Shown: positions 35,567 through 45,807, numbered from the stretch's first letter. The stretch is DNA of 64,000 bases from Nitrospinota bacterium (GCA_038108555.1 JAYNIA010000006.1:8774-72773); one strand, 5' to 3'. Numbers and translations are program-made. The notes: generated by a model from the letters alone, not told the origin.

Positions 35567-36169
35567 ATGCTCGAGAGAAATATGAAAAAGATTAATGTGA
35601 TTGGAATGTTTTTTGCCGTTTTTCTGGTAAGCGGATGCGCCAGTAATGGATATCAAACTGCACGAGATGCGTTTGATAGAGGGGACTATGATACTGCAGT
35701 AAAAGAATTTAAAGCCCTTGCCGATCAGAATGACCCAAAAGGACAATTTGGGCTGGCCATAATGTACGACCTGGGAGAAGGTGTGCCGCAAAGTTCTGAG
35801 AACGCTTTTAAATATTACAAAGCGGCTGCAGAGCAGGGGTATGCTGATGCTCAAAATAATCTGGCAGCGATGTACGATGAGGGAGAGGGGGTTGAAGTCG
35901 ATCATAAGGAAGCCTTGAAATGGTATAGGCTTGCAGCTGAAAACGGAAATAAGGATGCTCCCAATAACATCGGTGTAATGTATATGATTGGCCTTGGGGT
36001 GCCACGAAATTTTGCGGCTGCCCATAAATGGTTTACGCTTGCCGGAGCTAGTGATGTGGAAGCAAGAAGTAATAAAAAATTCTGTGAAACTCGACTAACT
36101 CCTGACCAAATTGCAGAATCCGAATTATTCGTAAAGGAGTGGAATCAAAAATTTAGAAAGGCTAATTGA
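35567..36169 (+). CDS. Sel1-like repeat (SLR) lipoprotein
   Basis: Lipobox FLVSGCAS. Four SLR units (DPKGQFGLAIMYDLGEGVPQS, YADAQNNLAAMYDEGEGVEVD, DAPNNIGVMYMIGLGVPRN). The alternative start ATG 35582 is likely. Confidence 0.85.
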   Translation: MLERNMKKINVIGMFFAVFLVSGCASNGYQTARDAFDRGDYDTAVKEFKALADQNDPKGQFGLAIMYDLGEGVPQSSENAFKYYKAAAEQGYADAQNNLAAMYDEGEGVEVDHKEALKWYRLAAENGNKDAPNNIGVMYMIGLGVPRNFAAAHKWFTLAGASDVEARSNKKFCETRLTPDQIAESELFVKEWNQKFRKAN

Positions 36170-36214
36170 ATCTATATCTTGTCATTCATTTGATTTAATG
36201 AAAGAAGGGTTTTC

Positions 36215-36697
36215 GTGATTTCCAGATTTTTGGTTTTAACTATTGTTTTTTTCATTGCCTCCGTTTCTTATGCAAATGAGTTTGATGAGGGATTGGAGGC
36301 TATCCATGAAACAAATTACGAAAAAGCTCTTGAAATTCTGGTTCCCCTCGCCACAAAAGGACACGCAGCTTCGCAGTATAATCTGGGGGTTATGCATGAG
36401 TGGGGGAATGGGGTCCCCAGAGATAATGTTCAGGCCATGAAATGGTATGCACTTTCGGCGGAACAGTCTCATAAGGATGCGCAAAATAATCTGGGTGCAA
36501 TGTATAGCAAAGGGGAGGGTGCACAGCAGAACTTTGTTGAAGCCCTAAAGTGGTTTGTTATATCTGCGGATAACGGGAGCGAAGCGGGCAGAAAGAATAT
36601 TGATATTGTCGAGAAAAGAATGACTCGGGAACAAATCACCCGGGCCAGAAAACTTGCCAGAGAGTGGAGTAGAAACCACCCGCGAAAATGGAATTGA
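36215..36697 (+). CDS. Sel1-like repeat protein (secreted), tandem paralog
   Basis: Signal-like N-terminus, then HAASQYNLGVMHEWGNGVPRD and KDAQNNLGAMYSKGEGAQQN SLR units. GTG start. Confidence 0.8.
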   Translation: MISRFLVLTIVFFIASVSYANEFDEGLEAIHETNYEKALEILVPLATKGHAASQYNLGVMHEWGNGVPRDNVQAMKWYALSAEQSHKDAQNNLGAMYSKGEGAQQNFVEALKWFVISADNGSEAGRKNIDIVEKRMTREQITRARKLAREWSRNHPRKWN

Positions 36698-36712
36698 GTT
36701 TAAATCCAAATT

Positions 36713-37498
36713 CTATTCATTGTTTTGATAAGAGTTTAATCTGTTTATTAGGTCATTGCCTTCTTTAATTTGGTCGGGCATATCAGGGTCATTTTTTACG
36801 GTTCTTGCCAGTTCCAAAAACTTGCCCAGAGTTCCTTTCGCCTTTGCGTAGTAGCCGTTATCAAAATAGATCTTTCCAAGATAAAAAAGGTTGTCGGCAT
36901 GGTGGGGAGCCAGGGTTACTGCTGTTTCCAGATGGAAAATGGCTTTATCCGAATCGCCTCCAAGGAAAAATGGAAGGGCGTTGTAATACACTCCTAAAAA
37001 CCGGTGCGGACCTGCGTACTCAATATTTGGGTTAATCTTTATAACTTTTTCCATAGAAGATTTTAAAATGTCACGATTGCTCAGGGAACTGAAGATCCCT
37101 TTTTGCACGCTTATATTTCCCAGACATAATCCCATATGGTAAATATTTTCCGCTGAAGTTTCTTCAATTAATATTCCTCTATTTGCAGTCTCTAAACATC
37201 GTTCGAATAAACGCATTTTTTTCTTTTTATCCGAGGTCCTTTTTGCAATTCGAAAATAATTCCGGGCGAGTCTCCAGATCAACTCAGGCTCGTTTGGAGA
37301 GGATTTTGTTAATTTTAGAATCTGTTTTTCAAGATCTACAAATTCCTGTATGGAATTTGCATTGAAATATTGGGAATCAATATTTTTTAAGGTGGAGGAA
37401 GTCATTCCCGTCAAAAAAACGGCCGCAATCATTGCTGCAAGGGATCTGACAATGGTTGTTCTGAACATGATATATTGTCGCATAGAAATCCAAAACAT
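36713..37498 (-). CDS. Secreted all-helical TPR-like protein (possibly TatT-like)
   Basis: N-terminal hydrophobic segment AAMIAAVFLTG. TPR-like helices. FLGVYYNALPFFLGGDSDKAIFHLETAV is reminiscent of TRAP-T TatT family proteins, a weak call from memory. The true start is perhaps ATG 37468. Confidence 0.5.
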   Translation of the reverse strand: MFWISMRQYIMFRTTIVRSLAAMIAAVFLTGMTSSTLKNIDSQYFNANSIQEFVDLEKQILKLTKSSPNEPELIWRLARNYFRIAKRTSDKKKKMRLFERCLETANRGILIEETSAENIYHMGLCLGNISVQKGIFSSLSNRDILKSSMEKVIKINPNIEYAGPHRFLGVYYNALPFFLGGDSDKAIFHLETAVTLAPHHADNLFYLGKIYFDNGYYAKAKGTLGKFLELARTVKNDPDMPDQIKEGNDLINRLNSYQNNE

Positions 37499-37512
37499 AA
37501 ATTACATATCGG

Positions 37513-39420
37513 ATGGACAAAACTGAAAAAAAGCAAGCTGAAATGAGTGATTATGACTTCCATTTATTTAATGAGGGTAATCATTTTCGTCTCTATAACT
37601 TTCTCGGGGCTCATCCCGCCCTGGAGGATAATGTTTCAGGTGTGCGTTTTTCGGTATGGGCTCCTAATGCCGAAAAAGTTTCTGTGATTGGAGATTTTAA
37701 TGGTTGGAATGCGGATTCCCACTCCATGTCGCCTCAAAACGAATCTGGAATATGGTCTTTATTTATTCCCCAGCTAAAGGAGGGAGAAATTTACAAATAT
37801 CATATCCGGTCTCGTTATCAGGGCTACGAAATTGAGAAGGCAGATCCATTTTCGTATTTTAATGAGGTTCCTCCTAAATCGGGTTCCATTGTCCAGCCAT
37901 TGGATTATTCCTGGAACGATGAAGACTGGATGAAGGAAAGGAAAAAGTTTAATGATATCAAAACCCAGCCGGTTTCAATTTATGAACTTCATCTAGGTTC
38001 GTGGAAAAAACATGATGCGGTTCGGTCTTATAGCTATCGCGAATTGGCGCAGCCTTTGTCAGACTATGTCAAAAAAATGGGATTCACTCATGTGGAAATT
38101 ATGCCCGTCATGGAGCACCCATTTTTTGGTTCCTGGGGATATCAGACAACGGGATATTTTTCTCCAACGAGTCGATATGGAACGCCACAGGACTTAATGT
38201 TTTTAATTGATACGTTGCACCAAAACGAAATCGGCGTGATTTTGGATTGGGTTCCTTCCCACTTTGCAGTAGATGGGCATGGTCTTTCATTTTTTGATGG
38301 CACCCATCTTTACGAGCATAAAGATTTGAAGAAGGGATGGCACCCTGACTGGGGAAGTTATATTTTTAACTATGGGCGAAATGAGGTTTTAAGTTTCCTG
38401 ATCAGCAACGCACTTTTTTGGCTAGACCGTTATCATGTGGATGGCCTGCGGGTGGATGCTGTAGCTTCCATGTTGTATCTGGATTATTCCCGGAAGGATA
38501 ATGAATGGATTCCCAACAAACATGGTGGAAATGAAAATTTAGAGGCCATAGATTTTATTAAGAAGCTCAACGAGGAAATTTATAAGGAATATCCAGATGT
38601 CCAAACCATAGCGGAAGAATCTACCGCATGGCCCGGGGTTTCGCGCCCCACTTATCTAGGAGGCCTGGGATTTGGATTAAAGTGGGATATGGGATGGATG
38701 CATGATGTCCTTTCCTATATGGGAAAAATTCCTGTTCTTCGAAAATACCACCATGACCAGTTAACCTTTCGTTCCCTTTACGCCTTCAGTGAAAATTTTG
38801 TTCTGTCTTTGTCTCATGATGAAATGGTGCATGGAAAGGGGTCATTAATTAATAAAATGAGTGGGGATACCTGGCAAAAATTTGCCAATCTCCGCCTTTT
38901 ATTCGGTTATATGTTTGCTCAGTCTGGGAAAAAATTAATATTTATGGGTGGTGAATTTGGTCAGTGGGAGGAATGGGATCATGACTCAAGCCTGAATTGG
39001 GAGCTTCTTAAAAAGCCGGAACATTCTGGTTTGCAAAAATGGGTCCAGGACCTAAACCGGATTTATAGGGACTATCCCTCCCTCCACTCAAAAGATCTGG
39101 ACGAACAAGGGTTTGAATGGATCGATTGTGGAAATGTAGAGGAAAGTATTCTAATTTTACTAAGAAAGGGAGATGAAAAATCCGAGCCTATGGTGGTCGT
39201 TCTAAACTTCACACCTGCCCCACGTTTTAAATATAGAATTGGAGTGCCCAGGGAGGGACTTTGGAAAGAAGTCTTAAATAGCGATGCTCATGATTACCAT
39301 GGGAGCGGGGTCGGAAATCTGGGAGGTGTGGAAAGCGATTCAGTTCCGTTTCATGGGCAACCTTATTCCCTTGAAATCACACTTCCCCCTTTATCAGCGG
39401 TTTTTCTATCCAGAAGCTAA
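37513..39420 (+). CDS. glgB: 1,4-alpha-glucan branching enzyme (GH13_9, short form)
   Basis: 635 aa. FSVWAPNA, ILDWVPSHF, GLRVDAVASMLY, AEESTAWP and SLSHDE conserved GH13 regions. Confidence 0.93.
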   Translation: MDKTEKKQAEMSDYDFHLFNEGNHFRLYNFLGAHPALEDNVSGVRFSVWAPNAEKVSVIGDFNGWNADSHSMSPQNESGIWSLFIPQLKEGEIYKYHIRSRYQGYEIEKADPFSYFNEVPPKSGSIVQPLDYSWNDEDWMKERKKFNDIKTQPVSIYELHLGSWKKHDAVRSYSYRELAQPLSDYVKKMGFTHVEIMPVMEHPFFGSWGYQTTGYFSPTSRYGTPQDLMFLIDTLHQNEIGVILDWVPSHFAVDGHGLSFFDGTHLYEHKDLKKGWHPDWGSYIFNYGRNEVLSFLISNALFWLDRYHVDGLRVDAVASMLYLDYSRKDNEWIPNKHGGNENLEAIDFIKKLNEEIYKEYPDVQTIAEESTAWPGVSRPTYLGGLGFGLKWDMGWMHDVLSYMGKIPVLRKYHHDQLTFRSLYAFSENFVLSLSHDEMVHGKGSLINKMSGDTWQKFANLRLLFGYMFAQSGKKLIFMGGEFGQWEEWDHDSSLNWELLKKPEHSGLQKWVQDLNRIYRDYPSLHSKDLDEQGFEWIDCGNVEESILILLRKGDEKSEPMVVVLNFTPAPRFKYRIGVPREGLWKEVLNSDAHDYHGSGVGNLGGVESDSVPFHGQPYSLEITLPPLSAVFLSRS

Positions 39421-41840
39421 TGTCGAGAAAATATATTTGTATCCACGCCCATTTTTATCAGCCTCCAAGGGAAAACCCCTGGACTCAGGAAATTGAAATC
39501 CAGGATTCCGCAGCTCCATATAAAAATTGGAATAAAAGAATCACGGAAGAATGCTATGCACCCAACGCAAAAGCCCGAATACTCGATGAAGATTTAAGGA
39601 TTAAAAAAATTGTAAACAATTATTCGAGGATAAGTTTCAATTTTTCTCCTACACTTTTGAGTTGGCTTGAATCGAATTCTCCTGAGACTTATCAGGCCAT
39701 TCTTGATGCGGATAAGGAAAGTCAAAAACTATTTTCCGGGCATGGTTCAGCCTTGGCCCAACCCTATTATCACATGATAATGCCTCTGGCTAAATCTTCC
39801 GACAAATTGACTCAGATAATTTGGGGGATAGAGGATTTTAAACTCAGGTTTAAGAGAGAGCCTGTCGGGGTATGGTTGCCAGAAACGGCTGTGGATATCG
39901 AAACCCTCGATTTTCTTGCAAATGAAGGCATTCGTTTTACGGTGCTTGCGCCTGGCCAGGCCAAGAAGATAAGAAGCAGTGAAAATTCGAACTGGATGTC
40001 GGTGAATGAAGAAACTTTGGATACAACACGTCCATATAAACAGAAACTTCCATCTGGGCGGGAGATAAGTATTTTTTTCTATAATAAAAATGTGTCTCAC
40101 CAGGTTGCATTTGAGAATCTGCTCAGCAATGGAGATAAATTTTTTAATAACCTGATTTCGCAGTTTTCAACTGATAGTGGAAAGACGGAATTGGTCCATC
40201 CAGCAACAGATGGTGAAAGTTATGGGCACCACCACAAATTCGGTGAAATGACTTTGGCCTATACGTTGGACCGGTTAATGAACCATGACTCCTATTCCCT
40301 GGTAAATTATTCGAAATATTTGGCCGACTATCCGGCAACCTGGGAGGTGGGAATACTGGAAAATACATCCTGGAGCTGTGCGCATGGAATTGAGCGTTGG
40401 CGAAGTGATTGTGGTTGCCATACCGGGGGAGAGGAAGGCTGGACCCAAGCCTGGAGGAAACCATTGCGAGAAGCTCTTGATGAATTGCGAGAACAGCTAG
40501 ATAAGAAATTTGAAGAAACATTGAACCCGTTATTAAAAAATCCCTCTGAAGCTAGAAATGAATTTGTCCAATTAATACTTCATACGGAGAGCGTAGAAAA
40601 GTTTTTAGGTAAACATGCTTCCTTCAGGTTGGATGCCTCCAAAAAAATAAAAGTTTTAAAATGGATGGAGATCCAACGCCATGCCATGCTGATGTACACT
40701 AGTTGCGGTTGGTTCTTCAACGATGTGTCAGGAATTGAGACAGTGCAAATCCTTCGCTATGCCTCGTATGCTCTGGATTTGTATTCGCAGTTAGATGGGG
40801 TTTCTTTGGAATCCTCTTTCATAGAAACCTTGAAAAAGGCTCGAAGTAATATTCCTAAGTGGAAAAGCGGGGATTTTATTTATAAAAAAATGGTGGAATC
40901 CACTCGGGTTGCAAACGAACAAATTTTTACCTGCGGTTTGGCGGCAAACCTACTTAAGAAGTCAATCCTGGAGATTCCTGTCGGCTCCAATTCCGTCTTA
41001 AATATAAGTAGTGATAAAACTTCTAGCGGTAAGTATGAAATTATTTTTGGTAAGGGAGATATTGTAAAGGACAATACTTTAGAAAAAGTTTCCATGGATT
41101 ATTTTGTTCTTCATGACGGCGATGGTGATTACAAGATATTTGTATTGCCAAGTGTAGAAAAAAATAAGGAAATCCGTGAAAAAATTTTGTCAGTGTTTGA
41201 GAAGAAGGGTTATAAAGAAACTTTGTCCTTACTTTTGGAGAGCTTTGGTCCCCCCTGCTACCCGGATCGAAAAATATTTCATAAATTTTACGACAACCTT
41301 GCAGATGAGATTGGGCAGGAATTTTGGGCTAAAAATAGAAATTTAAAAAAAGAAATGTTTTCATTCCAGAAAAACTTGCTGCTCCTTCATAACAGGTTGG
41401 ATACACCGCTTCCCTCAGACTTCGATAAATTTTCTGGGTTTTTCCTGATTGAGCAATGGAAGGAAATTTTAAATTCTCCTGAGAATTCTCTGGAGAAAAT
41501 ACAGCATCTGATAAAATTTTCCAATGGGAACTCCCTGGACACCCTGGAATTTAAATCCATTTATCAGGAAAGAATAAAACAGGTAATCAAAGATATTGAA
41601 AAACACCCTGAAGATATGGAAAAGCTAGATTGCTTGAATTCACTGCTGGGATTATTGGATTTTATTCCAATGAAATTAAATTTGTGGAATGCCCAAAATG
41701 AAGTTTTTAAAAAGGTCATTCCTCAATACATGGAATTAAAGAAAAGAAAATCGGATGGTGAACAAAATGTGGACGAATGGGTTGATAAAATCGAATCTGT
41801 ACTGAATTATTTAAATATTAGTAAAAAAGTATCTTTATAA
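39420..41840 (+). CDS. Glycoside hydrolase family 57 protein with long C-terminal extension (GH57 + DUF3536-like)
   Basis: 806 aa. HAHFYQPPREN start, catalytic-region motifs GVWLPETAVD and ATDGESYGHH. TAATG overlap with the glgB stop. Confidence 0.8.
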   Translation: MSRKYICIHAHFYQPPRENPWTQEIEIQDSAAPYKNWNKRITEECYAPNAKARILDEDLRIKKIVNNYSRISFNFSPTLLSWLESNSPETYQAILDADKESQKLFSGHGSALAQPYYHMIMPLAKSSDKLTQIIWGIEDFKLRFKREPVGVWLPETAVDIETLDFLANEGIRFTVLAPGQAKKIRSSENSNWMSVNEETLDTTRPYKQKLPSGREISIFFYNKNVSHQVAFENLLSNGDKFFNNLISQFSTDSGKTELVHPATDGESYGHHHKFGEMTLAYTLDRLMNHDSYSLVNYSKYLADYPATWEVGILENTSWSCAHGIERWRSDCGCHTGGEEGWTQAWRKPLREALDELREQLDKKFEETLNPLLKNPSEARNEFVQLILHTESVEKFLGKHASFRLDASKKIKVLKWMEIQRHAMLMYTSCGWFFNDVSGIETVQILRYASYALDLYSQLDGVSLESSFIETLKKARSNIPKWKSGDFIYKKMVESTRVANEQIFTCGLAANLLKKSILEIPVGSNSVLNISSDKTSSGKYEIIFGKGDIVKDNTLEKVSMDYFVLHDGDGDYKIFVLPSVEKNKEIREKILSVFEKKGYKETLSLLLESFGPPCYPDRKIFHKFYDNLADEIGQEFWAKNRNLKKEMFSFQKNLLLLHNRLDTPLPSDFDKFSGFFLIEQWKEILNSPENSLEKIQHLIKFSNGNSLDTLEFKSIYQERIKQVIKDIEKHPEDMEKLDCLNSLLGLLDFIPMKLNLWNAQNEVFKKVIPQYMELKKRKSDGEQNVDEWVDKIESVLNYLNISKKVSL

Positions 41841-41859
41841 ATAATTAATTCTCAAATAA

Positions 41860-43350
41860 ATGGAAAATAAGAGAAAAAGTGGAATCCTGTTGCATATAAC
41901 CAGCTTGCCCTCCCGTTTCGGAATAGGAGATTTGGGGCCCGGGGCTTACCGTTTTGTCGAGTTTTTACAGCAGGCGGACCAAAAAATTTGGCAGTTTTTG
42001 CCTTTAAATCCCACAACAGTGGGAGACTCTCCCTACTTCAGCCCTTCTGCATTTGCCGGTAATTATTTGTTAATCAGTCCCGAAAAAATGGTCGAGGACG
42101 GATGGCTGAATGCATCTGACATTGATAATGTTCCTGCTTTTTCTGATGGGAAAGTTGAATATGAGAAGGTTGGAAAGTGGAAACAGCGGTGTTTGAATAT
42201 TGCATTTGAGCGCGCTGCAGATTTGAATGGAAATTATGAAAAATTTTGTTTTGAGAATAATTTTTGGCTGAATGACTATTCCATATTCATGGCACTGAAG
42301 GAACATTTTGGCGGTACTGCCTGGGTGGACTGGCCGGAAGAATATAAGAAAAGAGATGCTGCCGCATTGAGTGATGTGAAGGGAAAATTGCGGATGGAAA
42401 TTGAGTTTGAAAAATTTACGCAATTTCTGTTTTTTGAACAGTTGAAAAGTTTGAAAGCGTTTTGTAATGAACACGCGGTCAAAATATTTGGAGATATGCC
42501 AATCTATGTCACTCATGACAGCTCGGATGTCTGGGCTAATCCGGAAATTTTTAAGCTTGATGAAAAGGGAAACCCTTGCCTGGTGGCAGGAGTTCCCCCT
42601 GACTATTTCAGTGAAACCGGGCAGCTTTGGGGGAACCCGGTTTATAACTGGGAAGCGTTAAAAAAGGAATCCTACAAATGGTGGATGCAGCGGTTAAAAT
42701 TTAATCTGGAAAAAATGGACTTGATGCGAATCGATCATTTCCGGGGGTTCGTTGCTGCATGGGAAGTGCCCGCTGGAGATGAAACCGCAGAAAATGGAAG
42801 CTGGAAAACTGTTCCAGGATCAGATTTTTTTTCAAAGGTGATGGATCAATTCCCCGATGCGTTAATTGTGGCGGAAGACCTTGGCATTATTACAGAAGAT
42901 GTTCGTCAATTGATGGATCATTGCGGTCTTCCTGGAATGAAGATTCTGGTCTTTGCATTTGATTCAGATTTGGAAACCAACCCCTATCTTCCCCACAATT
43001 ATTCAGAGAATTGTGTGGTATATACCGGAACTCACGATTGCAACACAGTGAGGGGTTGGTTTGAAAATGATTTGCAACCCGAACAAAGATCAAATTTGTT
43101 TGAGTATCTGGGGAAAAAAGTATCTGCTGATGAAATTTCAGGGGAATTGGTTTGCCAGGCGATGAACTCAAAAGCCCGCTATGCAATTTTATCTATGCAG
43201 GATGTTTTGGGATTAGATGGAGATGCACGTTTAAACTTCCCGGGAACGAAAGAATCCAACTGGCAGTGGCGGATGTCCGCATCAAGCCTGACTCCAGAAT
43301 TGTCCGAACGATTAGCCCTTTTGGTTCGCGAGTCTGGCCGGAGCGGGTGA
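41860..43350 (+). CDS. malQ: 4-alpha-glucanotransferase (amylomaltase, GH77)
   Basis: 496 aa. SGILLHITSLPSRFGIGDLG, GDMPIYVTHDSSDVW, GVPPDYFSETGQLWGNPVYNW, RIDHFRG and YTGTHD. Confidence 0.92.
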   Translation: MENKRKSGILLHITSLPSRFGIGDLGPGAYRFVEFLQQADQKIWQFLPLNPTTVGDSPYFSPSAFAGNYLLISPEKMVEDGWLNASDIDNVPAFSDGKVEYEKVGKWKQRCLNIAFERAADLNGNYEKFCFENNFWLNDYSIFMALKEHFGGTAWVDWPEEYKKRDAAALSDVKGKLRMEIEFEKFTQFLFFEQLKSLKAFCNEHAVKIFGDMPIYVTHDSSDVWANPEIFKLDEKGNPCLVAGVPPDYFSETGQLWGNPVYNWEALKKESYKWWMQRLKFNLEKMDLMRIDHFRGFVAAWEVPAGDETAENGSWKTVPGSDFFSKVMDQFPDALIVAEDLGIITEDVRQLMDHCGLPGMKILVFAFDSDLETNPYLPHNYSENCVVYTGTHDCNTVRGWFENDLQPEQRSNLFEYLGKKVSADEISGELVCQAMNSKARYAILSMQDVLGLDGDARLNFPGTKESNWQWRMSASSLTPELSERLALLVRESGRSG

Positions 43351-45807
43351 AGGATTTGCTGGATCGATACCCCATATATCTTTAGCGTATTCTGCTACAG
43401 ATCGATCGCTCGAGAAATAACCCATATTTGCGGTATTTAATATGGATTTTCGAGTCCACGAATCTGAATCCTGATATTCCCTGGCGACTTTTTCATGGCA
43501 TTCCAAATAGGATTCCAAATCAGCAAGGACCAGATAATGATCGTTATGACTGAAAAAATAGTCAGAGATGGGTTGGAATAATTCTGGTATATCGGGTGAG
43601 AAAAACCCGTTTCGTATCTGGTCGAGAGCTTCTTTGATTTCCGCATTGTTTTGGTAAATTCCCCTTGGGTCGAAACCCTCGTGCTTTTTCTTTTGCGCTT
43701 CTTCTGCATTGAGGCCAAATATAAAAATATTTTCTTCGCCGACCTCCTTTAAGATTTCTACATTGGCCCCATCGAGTGTTCCAATTGTTAGCGCTCCATT
43801 CAAAGCCAGTTTCATGTTTCCCGTTCCTGATGCCTCCATCCCTGCGGTGGAAATTTGTTCAGATAAATCTGAGCCGGGAATAATGACTTCGGCCACACTC
43901 ACGGAATAGTTGGGGATAAAAATCACTTTTAACCTGTCTCGGATGGCAGGGTCGTTATTGGTTTTTTCTCCAACGGCATTGACAAGTTTGATAATCAGTT
44001 TAGCCATGGCATAACCAGGAGCCGCTTTTCCTGAGAAAATTTTGGTGTATGAACCGGTAACACTGTCCGGGTTTTTTACCAGGCGATTATATAAAATGAT
44101 GCAATGTAAAATATTTAACAACTGCCGTTTGTACTCATGGAATCGCTTGATGTGGACATCAAAAATGGAACCCTGATTGACAGTGATTCCTAGTCTTTCT
44201 TGTATAAGGCTGGCAAGTCTTTCCTTGTTTTTTCTTTTTACCTCTCGCCATTTTTCGCGAAAGGCCGGATCTTCGGCTTTGGGTATAAGCGATTGAAGTT
44301 TGAAAAGATCTTTTACCCATCCGTCACCAATATTCTTATTAATTAAATCGGAAAGGTCGGGATTGCAGGATTTTAACCATCGTCTTTGCGTGATTCCATT
44401 GGTTTTGTTGTTAAAACGTTCTGGGTGCAACTCGTAAAAATCACGGAACACATCTTTTTTAAGAATGTCTGAGTGAATTTCCGCGACACCATTTAAGGAA
44501 TGGCTTCCGATGATCGCTAAATGCGCCATGCGAATAGATTTTGAAAACCCTTCTTCAACCAGCGACATTCGCCGGACGCGTTCAATGTCATCTGGAAACT
44601 TTTCTCGTACTTCTTTTAAAAGGTGATCGTTTATTTTGTAAATAATTTGTAAATGTCGCGGTAACAGTTCCTGCATCAAATCAAGTGGCCATTTTTCCAA
44701 TGCCTCGGGGAGAACCGTGTGGTTGGTAAAACCAAAAGTAGGTACCGTGATATTCCAGGCCTCGTTCCAGGAAAACTTTTCTTCATCTATCAGGATGCGC
44801 ATAAAGTCTGCAATTGCCAGGGCGGGATGGGTGTCATTCATTTGAATGGCGACCTTTTCCGGAAAAAGAGAGAAGTCAGAATGCGATTTTTTAAATCTTC
44901 TGATGATGTCTTGCAATGAAGCAGAGACAAAAAAGTACTCCTGCTTCAGCCTTAATTTTTTTCCATTGCGGTTTGCATCACTTGGGTAAAGGACTTTGGA
45001 AATTATTTCGGTGTTGTGTTTATCTTTCAGGGCTTCAAAATAGTCTCCTTCATTGAATAGTTTGAGATCCAATTCCAGATCCGAACGCGCTCCCCACAAT
45101 CTTAAATTGTTGACGGTCTGATTTTTATAACCGGGTACCGGGATGTCAAATGGCATGGCCATTACCCGGGAGGTATCGACCCATTTGTATTCGGGTTCTC
45201 CTCTTGAGTTGAGAGTTGTTTCAACTCTTCCCTCAAATTGAACCGGATAGAGGAACCGGGGACGGGGGATTTCCCAAGGGCTGCCTCGCCGCAACCAATT
45301 ATCAGCCGTTTCCACCTGGTACCCATTAATTATTTTTTGATAAAAAATGCCGAATTCATATCGAATTCCATAACCCCATACGGGGACACCCAGGGATGCA
45401 AGCGATTCCATAAAGCAGGAAGCGAGTCGTCCGAGACCACCATTTCCCAACCCTGCCTCTATTTCCATTTCCTCTAGTTCGCCCAAATCATAACCCAGTT
45501 CTTTCAGGGCTTGGCTGAACTCATCGTAGAATCCCAGGTTGATCAGGCTATGATTGAGCAGACGGCCTATCAAAAATTCCATAGAAAGGTAATAAACTCT
45601 TTTAGAGTCATTTTCATAATAGGAATGCTGGCAATCCAACCATTTCTTGATCAGGCGATCCCTTACGGATAAAGCAAGGCTGGTATAAAGATCCCTCTTT
45701 GTAGCTGATAAGGTGTCGTCAGCAAGTGAATATTTAAGGTGAAACTCAAAGGATTTTTTTAAGGCTTCTACGCTGGTTTCGTCTGCCCAGTCCTGATTCT
45801 TTTCCAT
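43312..45807 (-). CDS. glgP: Glycogen/alpha-glucan phosphorylase (GT35)
   Basis: 831 aa. YYLSMEFLIGR, GLGNGGLGRLA and EASGTGNMKLALNGALTIGTLDGANVE (PLP-Lys motif). The 3' end overlaps the malQ 3' end by 39 nt. Confidence 0.93.
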   Translation of the reverse strand: MEKNQDWADETSVEALKKSFEFHLKYSLADDTLSATKRDLYTSLALSVRDRLIKKWLDCQHSYYENDSKRVYYLSMEFLIGRLLNHSLINLGFYDEFSQALKELGYDLGELEEMEIEAGLGNGGLGRLASCFMESLASLGVPVWGYGIRYEFGIFYQKIINGYQVETADNWLRRGSPWEIPRPRFLYPVQFEGRVETTLNSRGEPEYKWVDTSRVMAMPFDIPVPGYKNQTVNNLRLWGARSDLELDLKLFNEGDYFEALKDKHNTEIISKVLYPSDANRNGKKLRLKQEYFFVSASLQDIIRRFKKSHSDFSLFPEKVAIQMNDTHPALAIADFMRILIDEEKFSWNEAWNITVPTFGFTNHTVLPEALEKWPLDLMQELLPRHLQIIYKINDHLLKEVREKFPDDIERVRRMSLVEEGFSKSIRMAHLAIIGSHSLNGVAEIHSDILKKDVFRDFYELHPERFNNKTNGITQRRWLKSCNPDLSDLINKNIGDGWVKDLFKLQSLIPKAEDPAFREKWREVKRKNKERLASLIQERLGITVNQGSIFDVHIKRFHEYKRQLLNILHCIILYNRLVKNPDSVTGSYTKIFSGKAAPGYAMAKLIIKLVNAVGEKTNNDPAIRDRLKVIFIPNYSVSVAEVIIPGSDLSEQISTAGMEASGTGNMKLALNGALTIGTLDGANVEILKEVGEENIFIFGLNAEEAQKKKHEGFDPRGIYQNNAEIKEALDQIRNGFFSPDIPELFQPISDYFFSHNDHYLVLADLESYLECHEKVAREYQDSDSWTRKSILNTANMGYFSSDRSVAEYAKDIWGIDPANPSPAPARLANQKG

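Noticed and set aside
35522-36025. 167-aa minus-strand ORF
   Set aside because: It is antisense to the Sel1-repeat lipoprotein gene, whose repeats are unmistakable. No motif or plausible start context.
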